Of a stretch of DNA of 64,000 nt, positions 39,084-52,230 are shown piece after piece (the stretch's first letter is position 1; every line of letters starts with the position of its first letter). Location of the stretch: assembly GCF_008831285.2 (NCBI RefSeq), contig NC_045138.2:2046001-2110000 (forward strand). Reading direction: 5' to 3'. A program made the position numbers and the translations under genes. Source of the DNA: Nymphaea colorata. Lineage: Eukaryota. The notes beneath the pieces were generated by a model. The model made no database searches. It was not told the origin of the DNA and saw nothing but the letters and a program-made list of their open reading frames with translations.

Positions 39084-42000
39084 ATTGTATCATACTGTGG
39101 CGTTTTAAGCATGGAGTGGTTCAAGAGTTTGTCTTTGATACCTTTTTTTTGTTGAAGCTTTTTAGCGAATCCAACATACAATAATAGCTATTATTACCGT
39201 GCCGTTGGATGCGACTGCTCCATTATGGATCTGAACTTGATTTGTATCAATTAGGATTTCCAAAAGGAACGTAAGATCTGATTCATAATTGAATTTGGAC
39301 GGATAAGCTTGTACGCAAATCTGGATCTCAGTTGATTAAATGTTTCCTATCCAGACACGGATTTGCTATATAAATGCACCTTTAGATACAAAAACCTGCA
39401 AGCAATAAATAAATAAATAAATATATATATATAGCATGTGAATTAATATCAGTTGATTAAAATTCTATATTATTCACTATGATCTAAAATCAAACTTATA
39501 TATTGTTGTTTAAAGCACCATTTTTGAGAAAAAAAAAAAAAAAGAGTATGAAAGTCTTTGTCCAGTCCAAAAAGGAGGAAAGTAAAAGTGAGGATCGAGC
39601 TTCGCTTTTGCAGGAAGTAATATACTCACGAGAAGAGGGCCTTTGACTGTTCAGAAGAGAAGACAAAGTCCATTAATATCATATTTTTAACTATATGCAT
39701 CTTTTTCCAATCATGTGATCTCATGCATTTAATACGCTCACACACCAGATTCATTATCAAAGAAATATTGTCGCTTTACCCTCAAATTATTTTTATCAAT
39801 ATATGTAGAATGTTTGACAAACTTAATATCGATTGTTATTGCTTCATAAGCAAAAATTAAAGCTGAGTTGGAATTGGATTTTTTTTTTTTTTTTTTGTGT
39901 GTTAGAGGTGGTAACGAGAACAATTTACTTAAAATTGTATCATATTCATATATCATACTATTTTATAAATATTCATAAATTTGTGCAAAAGCAATAAAAA
40001 GTTATTATCATCAAACAGCCTTGTAAAATCTTAAATTTAAAGATTCTAGATATTAGTTTAGGTTTTCAAGGTAGACTTTTCTCTTATGTGAAAAAAATGT
40101 TTTTAAATCTACAATCCTCAAATTTAGGATCTTCTAAAAAAAATGAATATTTAAAGAAGTATATTTTTTTTTCTAATTTAACTTAAAAGGAAACTAACTT
40201 CGGTGCAAAAGAAGAGTTTTTATCAATGATATTGGTTTCATTTTTTCGAATTTAACATTAGCCTAGTTTGAAAATAATAATAAAATAACTAAGACAACTT
40301 TATTTGGAAATTCACGAGAAAAGTCAACATAGGTGGATTCATTTGCTTGTTGTATGTGGGATGATTAAAAATTAAAAAATTTAAATCATTAATTATGGTT
40401 AAAAATACCATAAAATATTATTGCATCATAAAATGACATTAATATTTGTGTGTTGTTTTTAGTGACAAATTTTTTATTATTAGTTATTTGGCAACATCTA
40501 ACATACAACAACATAAACATCGTGTATATATATATATATATATATTATAAAATTCAAAATGTTGTTGTATGATAAAAATTAAATTATCATTCAAAACTGA
40601 CAATTAAAAATACTATCATGGTAGGTGTCATTACTATTGTAGGATGGAAAACGAAAATGTATAGCAATTAAAAAAATATAGGTAACATTTTTCCTATAAC
40701 TTAAAATGAAAAGCTAAATAATTTAAAAAATAAGTAACATATATTTTTCTTACAAATTGAAAGACATTTTATTTGCAAATATTTGGCACCAAATACGGAG
40801 CTGAAGGATTCGTAGGAGTAAAAAATAATTGAAATTGAATGAACTTACCTACCGCAACAGAAAACGTTCATTATTGAAGTCGCCTTGCAGCAAACCATGA
40901 CCCTTTACTGCATCAGATATTTACTGGATACGAGTGAAATTAATATCGACCTTCAATTTGGATTCAATTACGAATCTGCTTGTAACTGGATTTGAACCGC
41001 TTTACCCGTATCTTTCTAAGCAGATCCGAAATCAGATGGGTAATCAGACGTACCCTACTCATTTTCAATCCATCACAATTCGTAAATGCAATGGAAATTT
41101 GGAAAGTAAAAAAAAGAATGAATTTAAGAGAGAGAAAAAAACGATCCATTGATTTATTTATGGAATCAATGTCGGTCAAATTGGATGCCTGGAAAGTGGC
41201 TGTGAAATTGGTTCAAGGCTGACTAAGACCAATTGGTTCAAGGTTGACTAAGACCAATTGTAAAAGCTGCTTTAGTGGGCCTAAGGAGTCAAGGGGGGTC
41301 CAGCATGGCCCATGGTCCCAATTTTTTTTTAATATATATTTAAATTTTAAAATATTTCACTTACTTTATATAAAAAGTTTTGAAAAATGATATTTTGATC
41401 TTCATCAAAATTTAGAAACTTTAATTCAGCCATTCTCATGAAAAATTTTTGGGTCCTCCCTGGGTCTAAGTATAATAACGGGTTCGGTGCACTAGTAACA
41501 TAATTTCGGGGGCCACATTGACTCACGAGATCCTTTCACAATTTTCTGGTTGTTGACCGCGTGAATGCCTCGAGGCCAGGAATATAAATGAATCGGACTC
41601 GAATCAATCTCGATCATAAATTTAAACTCAGATATGGATTTGGATTTCTAATTTGGATTTCGTTTCCGGTTGGATCACCTAGCTAGGCATTTATTTAGAT
41701 ATTGTTTTATTTAAAAAAAAAAAAAACTTGATCCACCTAACCAAATCCAGCTAATAATCAAACACGAGTGAAATTTCGTATGAGAAGTTTTCCCATGTTA
41801 TTATGCATTCTTATGAGTGAAGTTTCAGGAAGAAGGTCTGCCGGAAAAGTGAGTAGGATTCTTTTTTTCTGGAGTTTTTTTACCAATTGCACATGAAGCA
41901 AAAACTTACCCTAGATTTTTATTTCCAGGTAACAAACGCTTTTTAAAGATATTTTTGCAAGTGTCAAATAAATATTTTTGGGACATTTATTATCCCATGT

Positions 42001-43041
42001 TCCTACTTGAATCTTTGGGCCAATTAATGAAGCATTCATGTCTGTGTCAAATTATCCCATCAAAATGTGGCAACAAGAACACTCTGGGAGTGTCTTACAG
42101 ATCTACACTAAATTTACAAAACTGCACTTTATATTTTGACTATTTACAACTCACTGCTCAACATTTCAATTTCAACAAATTTCTGCTCAAAATTTTCCAC
42201 TAAATTCTCAAAACTCCCGGATATCCTCCCCGATCTGCTTCTTTTGGATCATCTTGCTTATACCTGTATCAGCTTCGGATATTTTTTGATCATTAGATGC
42301 AAGGGCAGAACCAGAATTTTTTTTAAAGGGGACCAAATAATATTTTCAAAATTTGTACAAGAGCAGCATCACTTTCCAAATGTATGAACATTGGATAATG
42401 AGATATTTATTTGAAACTATATTCAACACAAATCCAAATTCAATTGAATGTTTACTAAAATCTGAATTTTAATATCATGATGTCATTTTTTAAATCCGAA
42501 TCCAATCCAATTTCTTAATTAACTACCAATTTTTTTCAATATCTGATTTTTTGAAGCCGTTCATTTGGATATCATATCTAAATTGGACTTGTTGTCATCC
42601 ATAGCTTTTTAGCCCGCATTTCCAATGGACTTGGCCTTTTTTGGGATGCACATGAAGTGTTAGGCCATACAAGTTTTTTCATTTTATTTATTTATTTTTT
42701 TCAGAGATGATGAGTTTTCAACATAAACTTGCTTCTAATGTGTGTGCATTTAACTCTGAATTTGATGACTTGGTCATTGTGGCAATGGCTATATCAAATC
42801 CGAATTACATTTACAACTTCACATACAACTAATAAAGTACCAGAATGGATTTGTCCATGATCTTCATAGTCACACAGATTCCGTCTTCATTAAGTTGCTT
42901 GTTTGAATTGAAATTTTGTTGATTAGTTGAAAAAGACACTGCCCGCATCAAGAACAAATCCACTCATTCACATCTAGAGAGAGTAAGAGAGAGAGAGAAG
43001 ACAAGAACCGGTCCACCTAGCCTCCACAGGCACAACTTTGA

Positions 43042-43307
43042 TAAGCCTAGGCATCGGCGACGGCGACGAGTACTCGGTACCTGACCCGAGCCAGCCCGGG
43101 TCGTCTTGACGGGGCTCGATTCTGCTTGATTTATCTTTTTCATATTATTTTTTATTTAATAATGATATATATTTTATTATTAAAATATTATTTTATATTA
43201 AAAATTTTATTTTATATTTAAAAAATATTTTTTATTTTAACAGGGCAAAGCTTGGAGGGGCATAGGCTCGGGTTTCGAGCATTGGGCTGACCCAGTGCCC
43301 AAGCCTA
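43042..43307. mobile_element. GGCCC-family MITE with AT-rich core
   Basis: TAAGCCTAGGCA / TGCCCAAGCCTA termini; flanks AACTTTGA and ATCCTTGA (6/8 match). Confidence 0.72.
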
Positions 43308-44048
43308 ATCCTTGATACAAAATAACACTTGTCAATACCATCACAAAAACAGAGAACATTGTTATCATATTTTTGTGAAAAAGTCTCAAAATTTTGAAAT
43401 TTTCAGATCAACCATACTTTTGTCCAAGCAGATTATAATGCTCTTATATATTTTGATTGCCAACTCATACTAAATTATATATATACATATTTTTGATGAA
43501 CAGCGTCTGGTATAAGAAAATGCAATAGGGGTGAGGATGAAATCACATTTACTATGAATTTTCAAAATGCTAAACTCTTTGATTTTTTCACATCCAAGAG
43601 CTACTCAGCTTCATTTAAATAAATTAAATGGTGCCATCACCATTTTATAATCTGGCTGACTTCTACGTAATTAACAATAAGAATAAAATTAATATATTCT
43701 TGAGAAGATTTGTTAGCCATAGTGTGACCCATATAAAATTTTGAGTAATAAAAAGATCATTTTTAGATTGAGCAAAGTGGTGCTCCATAAAAAAAACTTT
43801 CCTCAATAAAAAATGGGAAAGGAAAAAGACTTTCTCGCATATTGTCAAGTCAAAGCCACATGCTCGATCCCAGAAGTGGGTTCACTTCAACCGAATAAAA
43901 TATTGCAGTGGGCGCTGCTAAATATTTTAAGTAAAACGAACTAGTTATGTTTCATATATAGCAAGACCTTTAAAAAGTAATATAGCCGCCCATAGCCTTT
44001 TTCTTTGTATCGTGAATTCATCTTTAGTTTCGACACATATACTAAAGT

Positions 44049-44530
44049 TAGGGGTGAACACGAGTCCAGTCGAGCTCGAATTCAGTCAGCTCAAGTTTAG
44101 TTCGACTAATGAAACCCCGAGTTCTCGAGAATAGCTCGACGGAAGCAGATCGAGCTCGACTCAACAGTTATGTGTTGAGCCCGAGCTCAACTCGATCAAG
44201 ACTCAACAAACTCGGTTGAATAGAATTGATATTCATCGTTACGTGTTGAGCTCGAGCTCAAACTTGAATCGATTAAGGCTCGACAAACTCGTTTGATTCA
44301 TAGAAATTGATATTCATCGTTATGTGTTGAGTTCGAGCTCGACTCGATTAAGGCTCGGCAAACTCGTAAACTCATTTGAATATATCGACTTGATTAAGAC
44401 TCATCAGACTCGATTAAGGCTCGAACTCGGCTCATGAACTCGAGCTCGACTCGTTAAGCAAATGACTCGGCTCGAACTCGTTCACTAGACGAGGTTTAAT
44501 GAGTCGAGCTTGACTCGTAATTCACCCGTA
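44049..44530. mobile_element. CTCGA-rich MITE
   Basis: TAGGGGTGAA / TTCACCCGTA termini, dense GAGCTCGA motifs, and flanks that both begin ACTAA. Confidence 0.8.
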
Positions 44531-44979
44531 ACTAAGACCATTTTTTTCTTTTTAATTGTTTATTCCTACATATCTTTATGTTTCAAGGGTTTTGTTTTAT
44601 TTCATAGTTGGATGGACCTATGATACATCTTTCAATTCGAGCATCACACTTTCAAACCTTAAGACTTTGAGTACAAGTCACCTTGCTACCCCGATTGTAC
44701 CGCGCCCCTTGAGGTGAATCTAAAGCCATTTATTAAACTTAGTATTGATCAGAGCTCAACCTGGGAGACTATTTCTTTTCATCACAGCCGTCGGATTTCA
44801 GCAGATCTGATAATTTATTTATGATGAGTTTGGGGCACCACAATTTAGTTTTCCTTGCACTTTGAGCTCATCACCTTAATCTATTGTCTGTCTTAGAGTG
44901 AGGTGTAGCCGACTAGCCCTCCCTTCTGTTCATATCTCTTGTGTTCTTGTATGCCTGAGAAGTGTGTGTTTGCTTTTTC

Positions 44980-45013
44980 TTGGTTACCACATTTGACCAT
45001 TTCATTATGCATG

Positions 45014-45098
<85 letters not shown>

Positions 45099-45162
45099 TA
45101 TAATGTAGAGAGAGAAAGAGAAATGGAACATGCATAATGAAATGGTCAAATGTTTTAACCAA
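44980..45162. repeat. Fold-back built around (TC)n(TA)n(GA)n microsatellites
   Basis: ACATTTGACCATTTCATTATGCATGTTCC at 44989 has an exact reverse complement ending at 45153. Confidence 0.9.
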
Positions 45163-45760
45163 TATGTATGTACAAGCTGTCCAAAAGTAAATCAATCCTG
45201 ATGAATGGTTGAAGAAAAAACTGAAGAAAATTTTCTTTATAGAGTTGTCGCAGCTGTCTATCATGATAGATCATACGGCCTTCTTGAGTTAGCTGGGTGA
45301 CTGTCGATATATATATATATAAAATTTAAGGAAGTAGTAATATAATTTTAAAATTTTAAAGCACCAAAATATATAAATGAGAAAAACTGCTATGAAATAT
45401 TTATAATATGAAGTAAACTCTTTTTGTGGGCCTGTGTGACCAATTGCCCCCCAAGATTGGGCTTCTGTTCGGAGCTTAGATTGTATGTGTCAGTGAACAA
45501 CTGAAAAATAACTTGGGAATCTTTCAAACGCCTGCTCGACCGCAAACCGTGGTGCATTGAACACTTTCACAAGCCACCGCGTCAATCTCTGACGAAGACA
45601 AAATGGAAAAGCGAATCCCTAAGCAATGGGGTCAGGTATGGGCCACACCTGCATATCAAAAGTTTCATTGAGAAAATGAAAAATTGTATTGAGATGACCT
45701 AAAAATTTTCTAAAACGCCCACATTAAACCTGTGCTGGTGAATCAGTGCTTTCTACTCAA

Positions 45761-45764
<4 letters not shown>

Positions 45765-45820
<56 letters not shown>
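45765..45820. repeat. (TA)n microsatellite
   Basis: Uninterrupted TA run. Others occur at ~13173-13216 and ~57572-57611. Confidence 0.95.
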
Positions 45821-45823
<3 letters not shown>

Positions 45824-45907
45824 ACAAAAATGGCCTCCTTCCAGTGATATTCAATTGGCATTATTATTCAATGGAGACGGCTTCCAACATTATGAATAAG
45901 GTAATAT

Positions 45908-46255
45908 CATAGTCACAAAAAACATGTCATTTTTGAAAAAAAATGTGAGAAAATGAAATGCTGTAAACGCTTTTTCTTGAAAAAAATGTGAAAAACGAAA
46001 AAAGTGCATTTTTAACACGTTTTAAATGCGTTTTTTCGCATTCTTTTCACTTTTTTTTTTCATTTTTTAATGCAAAGCAGTTTTTTTTTATTTGTTACAA
46101 ATCTACTTATCTTTTGATATTTGCGTTATTATTTTTTAACTTGTTTTATTTTTCTCTATTTTTATTCTCTTTTTTTAATTTTTTTTTAAATATCATTTTT
46201 TATTGTATTTTTCAACCTCACCGTTTAAAATTCCGAGACATTATTTGTAACAAAG
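45908..46255 (+). mobile_element. hAT MITE, CATAGTCACAAA family
   Basis: Left TIR CATAGTCACAAA; perfect TSD GGTAATAT at 45900-45907 and 46256-46263. Confidence 0.88.
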
Positions 46256-46277
46256 GGTAATATTGCATATCTAGTTG

Positions 46278-46468
46278 CGGTAGTGGAGCTACTGCGTGGT
46301 TGACGTGGGCTCGCTCATGCCAGCCCCTGAAATCTTGCATTGTGATTAAGCTGGACGTAGGTCTAGCCGCATGTGGTGTCCATACCATACCTGAGTCATT
46401 ACGCTACAACCACTCATTCTTCTAAGCAAGAGATCTTTAGTGCCCAAAACATTCTAGGTTCACCACTG
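46278..46468. mobile_element. Short hAT MITE (CAGTGG-type TIR)
   Basis: CGGTAGTGGA / TTCACCACTG termini; perfect TSD TCTAGTTG. Confidence 0.8.
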
Positions 46469-47279
46469 TCTAGTTGTGTTGCTTTTTTGGTAGCAGGAGT
46501 CTAACAAATTCATGTCCTATATGACTAGCAAGTTGCTAATGTTTATTGATGCTTAGTTTCGTTAAACTTTTTAGCTTTGAAAGTCATATCATAATCATAT
46601 TGTTGGAACTCACATTTGATGTGCATTTAGAAGTTCATGGTAGGGGCAGTTCATATTATTGCCATAGACCGATGATTAAAAATAATTTCGAAGCACTGCA
46701 GATTTGACTATTCGAAGAGCTTTATTTTTTCCTTTGTATTTAAGTTCTAAGATAGGTTGCTCCTGGATATTACCTTCCAAAACAAAATACTGATAATATG
46801 TGCAAGTTATACAGCTAACAAGGATTATATGGTAGAATGTTGTGACATAATATTGAAAGTGATTATTCCTTTCCAAATAAAAATCACTAATGCCCGTGAT
46901 GTTATCTAGATATGTAAAAGCCTCTTTTTATTCATTTCTTTTCTCTACTCCAACAGGAAATGGCTGTGGATCTATCAGATGAGATAGAAACAGGAGTGCT
47001 CAAGGGACCCCTGTTTTTTAATAATTCTATGTAACTTTAAAATCTGTAAACAATATCTCTTATAATACATAGTCATTGTGTTAACAACATCTTTTTCTTT
47101 CATTATATATATATATATATATGAAACAAAAGTCAAAATAATTGTAATACCCATATATGATTCTTTTTATGGTTGATGCATAAATTATTGTGGCTATTGC
47201 AAGTAACAGCTAAAAAGAAATCCATGGCTAATAGTTCAGGTAAATCATCCCCAGTAGTTACAATGACCATAATTTAAAA

Positions 47280-47631
47280 TATAGTAATAGAAAACAAGTT
47301 CTTTTTTTAAAAAAAAAACGTGAAAAATTTATATGACAGTTTATAACTTAAAAAAACACATTTTTTTGGAAAACATGTTTTTTGAAAAAAATGTAAAAAC
47401 TTCTAGTTTTTTCTACTTTTTTTTTTCACTTTTTTTTTTCATTTTTTGCAAATATACTTATCTTTTGATGTTTGTGTTATTAGTTTCTCACTTATTTTAT
47501 TTTCTCCCTATTTTTTGTTTTTTAAAATTTTAAAAACTTTATCGTATTTTTCTCATTTTTTTCAAGCTTGTCATATTATAACCGAGAAAAATCTTACCGT
47601 TTAAAAGTCCGAAACATTATTTGTGACTATG
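47280..47631 (+). mobile_element. hAT MITE, CATAGTCACAAA family
   Basis: Ends TTATTTGTGACTATG; internal similarity to 51859-52230; flanks ATTTAAAA and ATCTAAAC. Confidence 0.8.
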
Positions 47632-47834
47632 ATCTAAACCATGACAAAAAGTAAATAATAAGAACAACGACTGCTGCAACCTTTAATTAATAGCCACAAG
47701 AATGACGGTAGCTGAAAATACTTTCGGCTGTGCTTTTTGGGTCTATTAGCCATTTTTGGAATATGAGTGACCAAACTTGATTTCTCATTTTTGGTAAGCT
47801 TTACTTGAAGTTTTGTAACTATTCCATTTTGGCT

Positions 47835-48340
47835 TCAACTATCGCATGCAAGGAGAAACTTGTCCCCAGAGCTTTCTGTGATGCTTTGCGCTGCTGTATT
47901 CATTTGTAACTTTATAGCTTCCGTGATTGTCTTCCTGAAGGTATCGCATGTGACTGACAAACGTCTCTTGAGTTTTAGTAACATCGTGGTCTTTTATAAT
48001 ATCGGATCTTAGATCTGAGGCTGCATAAAAAGGTGTGTTTTAAGAAGTCCACATTTTTAACAAAACGAGGATCTTAGGCTACATGTTGGGATCTGATCTT
48101 AAATCCATGTATCTGAGATCCTAAGATCTTAGATCGTCGCACACAATTTTAAATGGTTTTAATTTATATAAGTTGTAATCCTTTATTAAAAAGGTCAGGA
48201 TGTTATTGAACCTCAAGAGACATTTATCCATCACATTCGACACCCTCAAAAAGACAACCACCGCAGCTATAAAGTTAAAAACTAATATGGCAGCTGTAAA
48301 ATGTCCAGCGAAGTTTCTCCTTACATCCAAAATTGAAATA
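47835..48340. repeat. Diverged inverted repeat (hairpin), copy a
   Basis: 47835-48020 is the imperfect reverse complement of 48115-48340, e.g. AAGGAGAAACTT / AAGTTTCTCCTT and GTCTCTTGAG / CTCAAGAGAC. Confidence 0.85.
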
Positions 48341-49230
48341 ACATATAAATAAGACATAGCTGGAAATAACATATAAAACGAATATGTGTTTGTTGTTAAA
48401 AAAATTGAAAAAAAATGAAGAGTAAAAAAAGAGAGAAAAAGACGTGTTTTTAAGCTTTTTAGCGTTTTTTTTCTCAAAAAACATGTTTTTTCTAACGACC
48501 ATTTTTCTCTATCCCGATTGTTCATTCTAATTCTAATTCTGTCTTCTTCTCCATTTTCGGGAGTCTTCATATTTTTCCTTTTTCGACCATCCTTCCTTCT
48601 TTGGGGATTGTCCATGGCTCATTTCTTACAGTCACAGTCAGCTGCTTTTTTGCATCGTAGTATTTTTCCTTAACGCAATGGATGTTTCCATATCACGTGC
48701 AAAAGATCTTTGTTTTGGCTTTGTGACATGATAATGGAAAGAGAATTTTCCCCAAGGCAGATGATTCAGATGTCGGGTTGTTTGCAGATCTCTACTTTTG
48801 TGTACTGAGGCATTTGAGTTCTTTTTCTGTTTTTTTGAAGATTGCCATATTACTCGAGAAAAACCTCACCGTTTAAAATTTTGAGACGTTATTTGTGAGT
48901 ATGGTGTTAACAATCTTTCTTTGTTCACATATATATATATATATATTCAAATAGATCATCGCTGTTCACATATATATATATATATATTCAAATAGATCAT
49001 CGCTGGTAGTTATAGAAACCATAGTCTAAATCATGGCAAAAGGTAAATAACCACAAGAGCTATTGCTACAACCACTTTAATTAATAGCGACAAGAAAGAC
49101 CGTGGCTGAAACAAACTTTCTGGTACAGTTTTTGTGGTCTATTAGCCATGGTTTTGACTATGGAAGTGACCTTTTTTGTCGTAGTGTCGATGATGATAAT
49201 ATTTTTGGGGGATCCGCTGATTTTTCATAG

Positions 49231-50869
49231 CCCTGTGTTTTGGAAATTTGAGGGCTAATTTTTGTGGTTTGTGTTGGACACTTTGTCTGAATTGTTGTTG
49301 CTTCGGTGAGTAGCGGAGTGATGTTTCAAAGATTTTTCTCCCCACGTTGAACATTGGTTCCTGATGCATTTCTCATAAAAGCGCCAGTCCATAGAATAAA
49401 ATGGATTGGGCTGCTCATTACCGATCTTTTCGATACTGTTGTTATTATATCTTAAATATTGCGTCTTAAGCAAGAAATGTATTCGCATAAAATATGTTCT
49501 GCATAGTTCTTCGATAATTTATTAGTTTCAATGGGTCTGTTCGTTTTGTTTTTATGGTGTTATATCCAATCTTTTGTGTTTTATTTTATGGCAACTAAGA
49601 TTTTTCTTGAAGTTAGTTGGACTAGAGTTATCATTTATCATCAGTAAGTATATCATTGGAATATGAGTGACCAAACTTGATTTCTCATTTTTGGAAAGCT
49701 TTATTTGAAGCTTCGTAGGGCTTCAAGTACCGCATGCAAGGAGAAACTTGGCACCACAGTTTTGTTCGATGTTCTACACTGCTGTATGAGTTTGTAACTT
49801 CATAGCTTCCGTGATTGTCTTTCTAAAGGTATCGCATGTGACTGACAAATGTCTCTTGAGTTTCAGTAACATCTTGGTCTTTTATAGTATCGGATCTTAG
49901 ATCTGAGGCTGCATAAAAAGGTGTGTTTTAGGAAGTCCACATTTTAAACAAAATGAGGATCCTAGACTACATGTTGGGGTCTGATCTTAAATCCATGTAT
50001 CTGAGATAGTAAGAACTTAGATCATCACAGATACAAGATCTGAAGTGAATCAAACACAATCTAAATGGTTTTAATTTATATAAGTTATAATCACTTATTA
50101 AAAAGGCCAGGATGTTATTGAACCTCACGAGACATTTATCCATCACATACGACACCCTCAAAAAGACAACCACGGAAGCTATGAAGTTAAAAACGAATAC
50201 GGCAGCTGTAAAATATCTAGCTAAGTTTCTCCTTACATCCAAAATAGAAAGAACATATAAATAAGACATAGCTGGAAATAGCATATAAAACGAATATGGC
50301 AGCGGTAAAAAACTGTTTGTTGTTAAAAAAACTGAAAAAAATGAAAAGAGTTAAAAAAAGCGAAAAAAACGTGTTTTTAAGCTTTTAACGTTTTTTTCTC
50401 AGAAAACATGTTTTTTTTTAAGTTTTAAACAGATAATTTATTGCTTTTTTCAAAACAAAAAAAAAAAAAACACTTTTTCTGTGACTATGGGACTCTAAAG
50501 ATTAAAAAAAAAAACTACATTGAAATTTTGAAAATTTTAGTTTAGTCTATATAAAAAAATTGAAAATCTATATTTTGATTCTTGTTAAAATTTTGAAAGT
50601 ATATTTCAGTTCATGCAACAAAAAAATTTCTATCTCCAACCCTGATTACAATTGCAGCTAACAAATTATCGAAGAACTATGCAAATAAATTTCTTGTTTA
50701 AGATACAATACGTAATAACAAGATTACCAAAAAGATCGGTAACGAGCAGCCTATGCCATTCACAAGAGAAATGCATCAGGAATCGATGTTTCCCGAAGAG
50801 AGAGAGATCCTAGCAATATCACTCACCACAAACCACAGAAATTAACCCTCGAATTTCCAAAACAGGGGG
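49231..50869. repeat. Large nested diverged fold-back, copy b
   Basis: Outer arms 49231-49532 and 50651-50869 (GCATAGTTCTTCGATAATTT / AAATTATCGAAGAACTATGC); inner arms ~49722-49905 and ~50035-50245. The right side is interrupted by MITE-derived sequence at ~50310-50645. Confidence 0.85.
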
Positions 50870-51117
50870 ATCCAGAAAGCCCCAAAAGTTAGTAGAAATT
50901 CTAGAAAGCCCCAAAAATTAGCTCTCATTCACTGTAGTGTTTTCGATTCATCTGGAAAGCTATTTATCTTTTCTGGAGAGCTTATTTCTTTAATTAACTT
51001 CCAAATTTAAATTATACTTTTTAGGGAAATAAATGTTATTTCATTAAGTTCCACCGGATGCACCTAACATATATGATTTCTGTTGCCATTTTTCTTATTT
51101 TCCTTTTCAAAATAAAG

Positions 51118-51188
51118 GCCTTGTCAATGGGTCGAAGCTGCAGCAGTCCAATTCCTGCCCAGTAAAATATCTGTTTAGGTGGATCTGA
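51118..51188 (+). pseudogene. Orphan exon 2 of the putative secreted micro-peptide gene
   Basis: AG|GC CTT GTC AAT... encodes GLVNGSKLQQSNSCPVKYLFRWI*, homologous to 57309-57379. No matching exon 1 was found upstream. Confidence 0.4.
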
Positions 51189-51195
51189 TTCTGTT

Positions 51196-51647
51196 TAGGT
51201 TTGCAGAACTCAAGCTCGACTCAAACCCGCTCGAAAATGCTCGGTTCGTGCGTGACACGTTTATGAATGAGCCTAGTTTGAGCTTACAAAGATACTTGAA
51301 TTGATAAACGAGTCGAGTTCAAGTTTGAGGAACTTGACTCGACTTGGAAACCGGTCCTCTATATAATATTGTCAAAACCAGTTTCACAAGTTACACAAGT
51401 TAAACGAGTTACACAAGTTAAAAGAGTTAATGCTTATACGAGTTCATGTTAAACGAGTTAGCACCCAAACGAGTCTAATGGGTTAAACTAACGGAGTTCG
51501 AGTTCGATTTTGTGTAGTTGACTCGAGCTGGAGCTTGCTATAAGGAGCTTGAAACGAGTTCGAGCCTAACTCAAGCTCAAGTTTTTTGAGCCCAGTCGAG
51601 CTTGTGCTGGCTAAGCTTGGGCTCGACTTGACTAGTGTGCAGCCCTA
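51196..51647. mobile_element. CGAGCTCG-rich MITE immediately 3' of the peptide stop codon
   Basis: Ends GTGTGCAGCCCTA. Truncated copies occupy the same position in the other units (~57381-57560 and 63899-64000). Confidence 0.75.
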
Positions 51648-51858
51648 GGACATGAATATCAATTTCTTACAATTCGGACCCACCCTCGTGTATTATTGAT
51701 TAGGATTGTATTGGTTCGTCCTAATTATGATCTGATTCGACCTGTTTCAATCTTGACGTTGCATTGGATCAAATAATAAATTGGGTCACCAATTCAATTC
51801 AAATCGGCCAATTCAGGCAGGTTTTTCCGAAGATACTTAACAGAACAACGAATAATAC

Positions 51859-52230
51859 CATAGTCACAAAAAATGCATTAAAAAAAGAGTGAAAAATGCA
51901 TTAAAACTTAAAAAAACACATTTTAAAAAAATATTAAAAACGGAAAAAACATGTTTTTAATGTTTTTTTTTTCACCTTTTTCATTTTTTTTTCAGTTTGT
52001 TAATGCCAAACAGTTTTTTTTATTTTCTATTTTTATTTTCTGTAAATATATTTATTTGTGATGTTTGTATTTTTAGTTTCTCAATTATTTTTTCTCCTCA
52101 TTTTTAGTTTTTTAAAATTTTAAAAAAATTCCTGTATTTTTTTATTTTTTTCTTTTTTTTTCAAGCTTGCCATATTATGCTCGAGAAAAACCTCACTGTT
52201 TGAAACTCCAAGGCATTATTTGTGACTATG
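51859..52230 (+). mobile_element. hAT MITE, CATAGTCACAAA family (intact)
   Basis: Perfect 12-bp TIR CATAGTCACAAA / TTTGTGACTATG; perfect TSD AATAATAC. Confidence 0.93.

Noticed and set aside
47790..47909. Cys-containing frame (...CKEKLVPRAFCDALRCCIHL*) as a defensin-like exon
   Set aside because: The cysteines are not conserved in the paralogous copy at ~49700-49797, and the region is a hairpin arm.
48121..50284. Paralogous hydrophobic ORFs at 48121-48615 (-) and 49967-50284 (-)
   Set aside because: They are hairpin-arm, MITE and junction sequence with no recognisable domain, and their similarity is explained by the duplication.
50761..50782. miR2118-like target site (GCATCAGGAA)
   Set aside because: Only about 10 nt match from memory of the miRNA, with a mismatch next to the cleavage position and poor pairing of the remainder.
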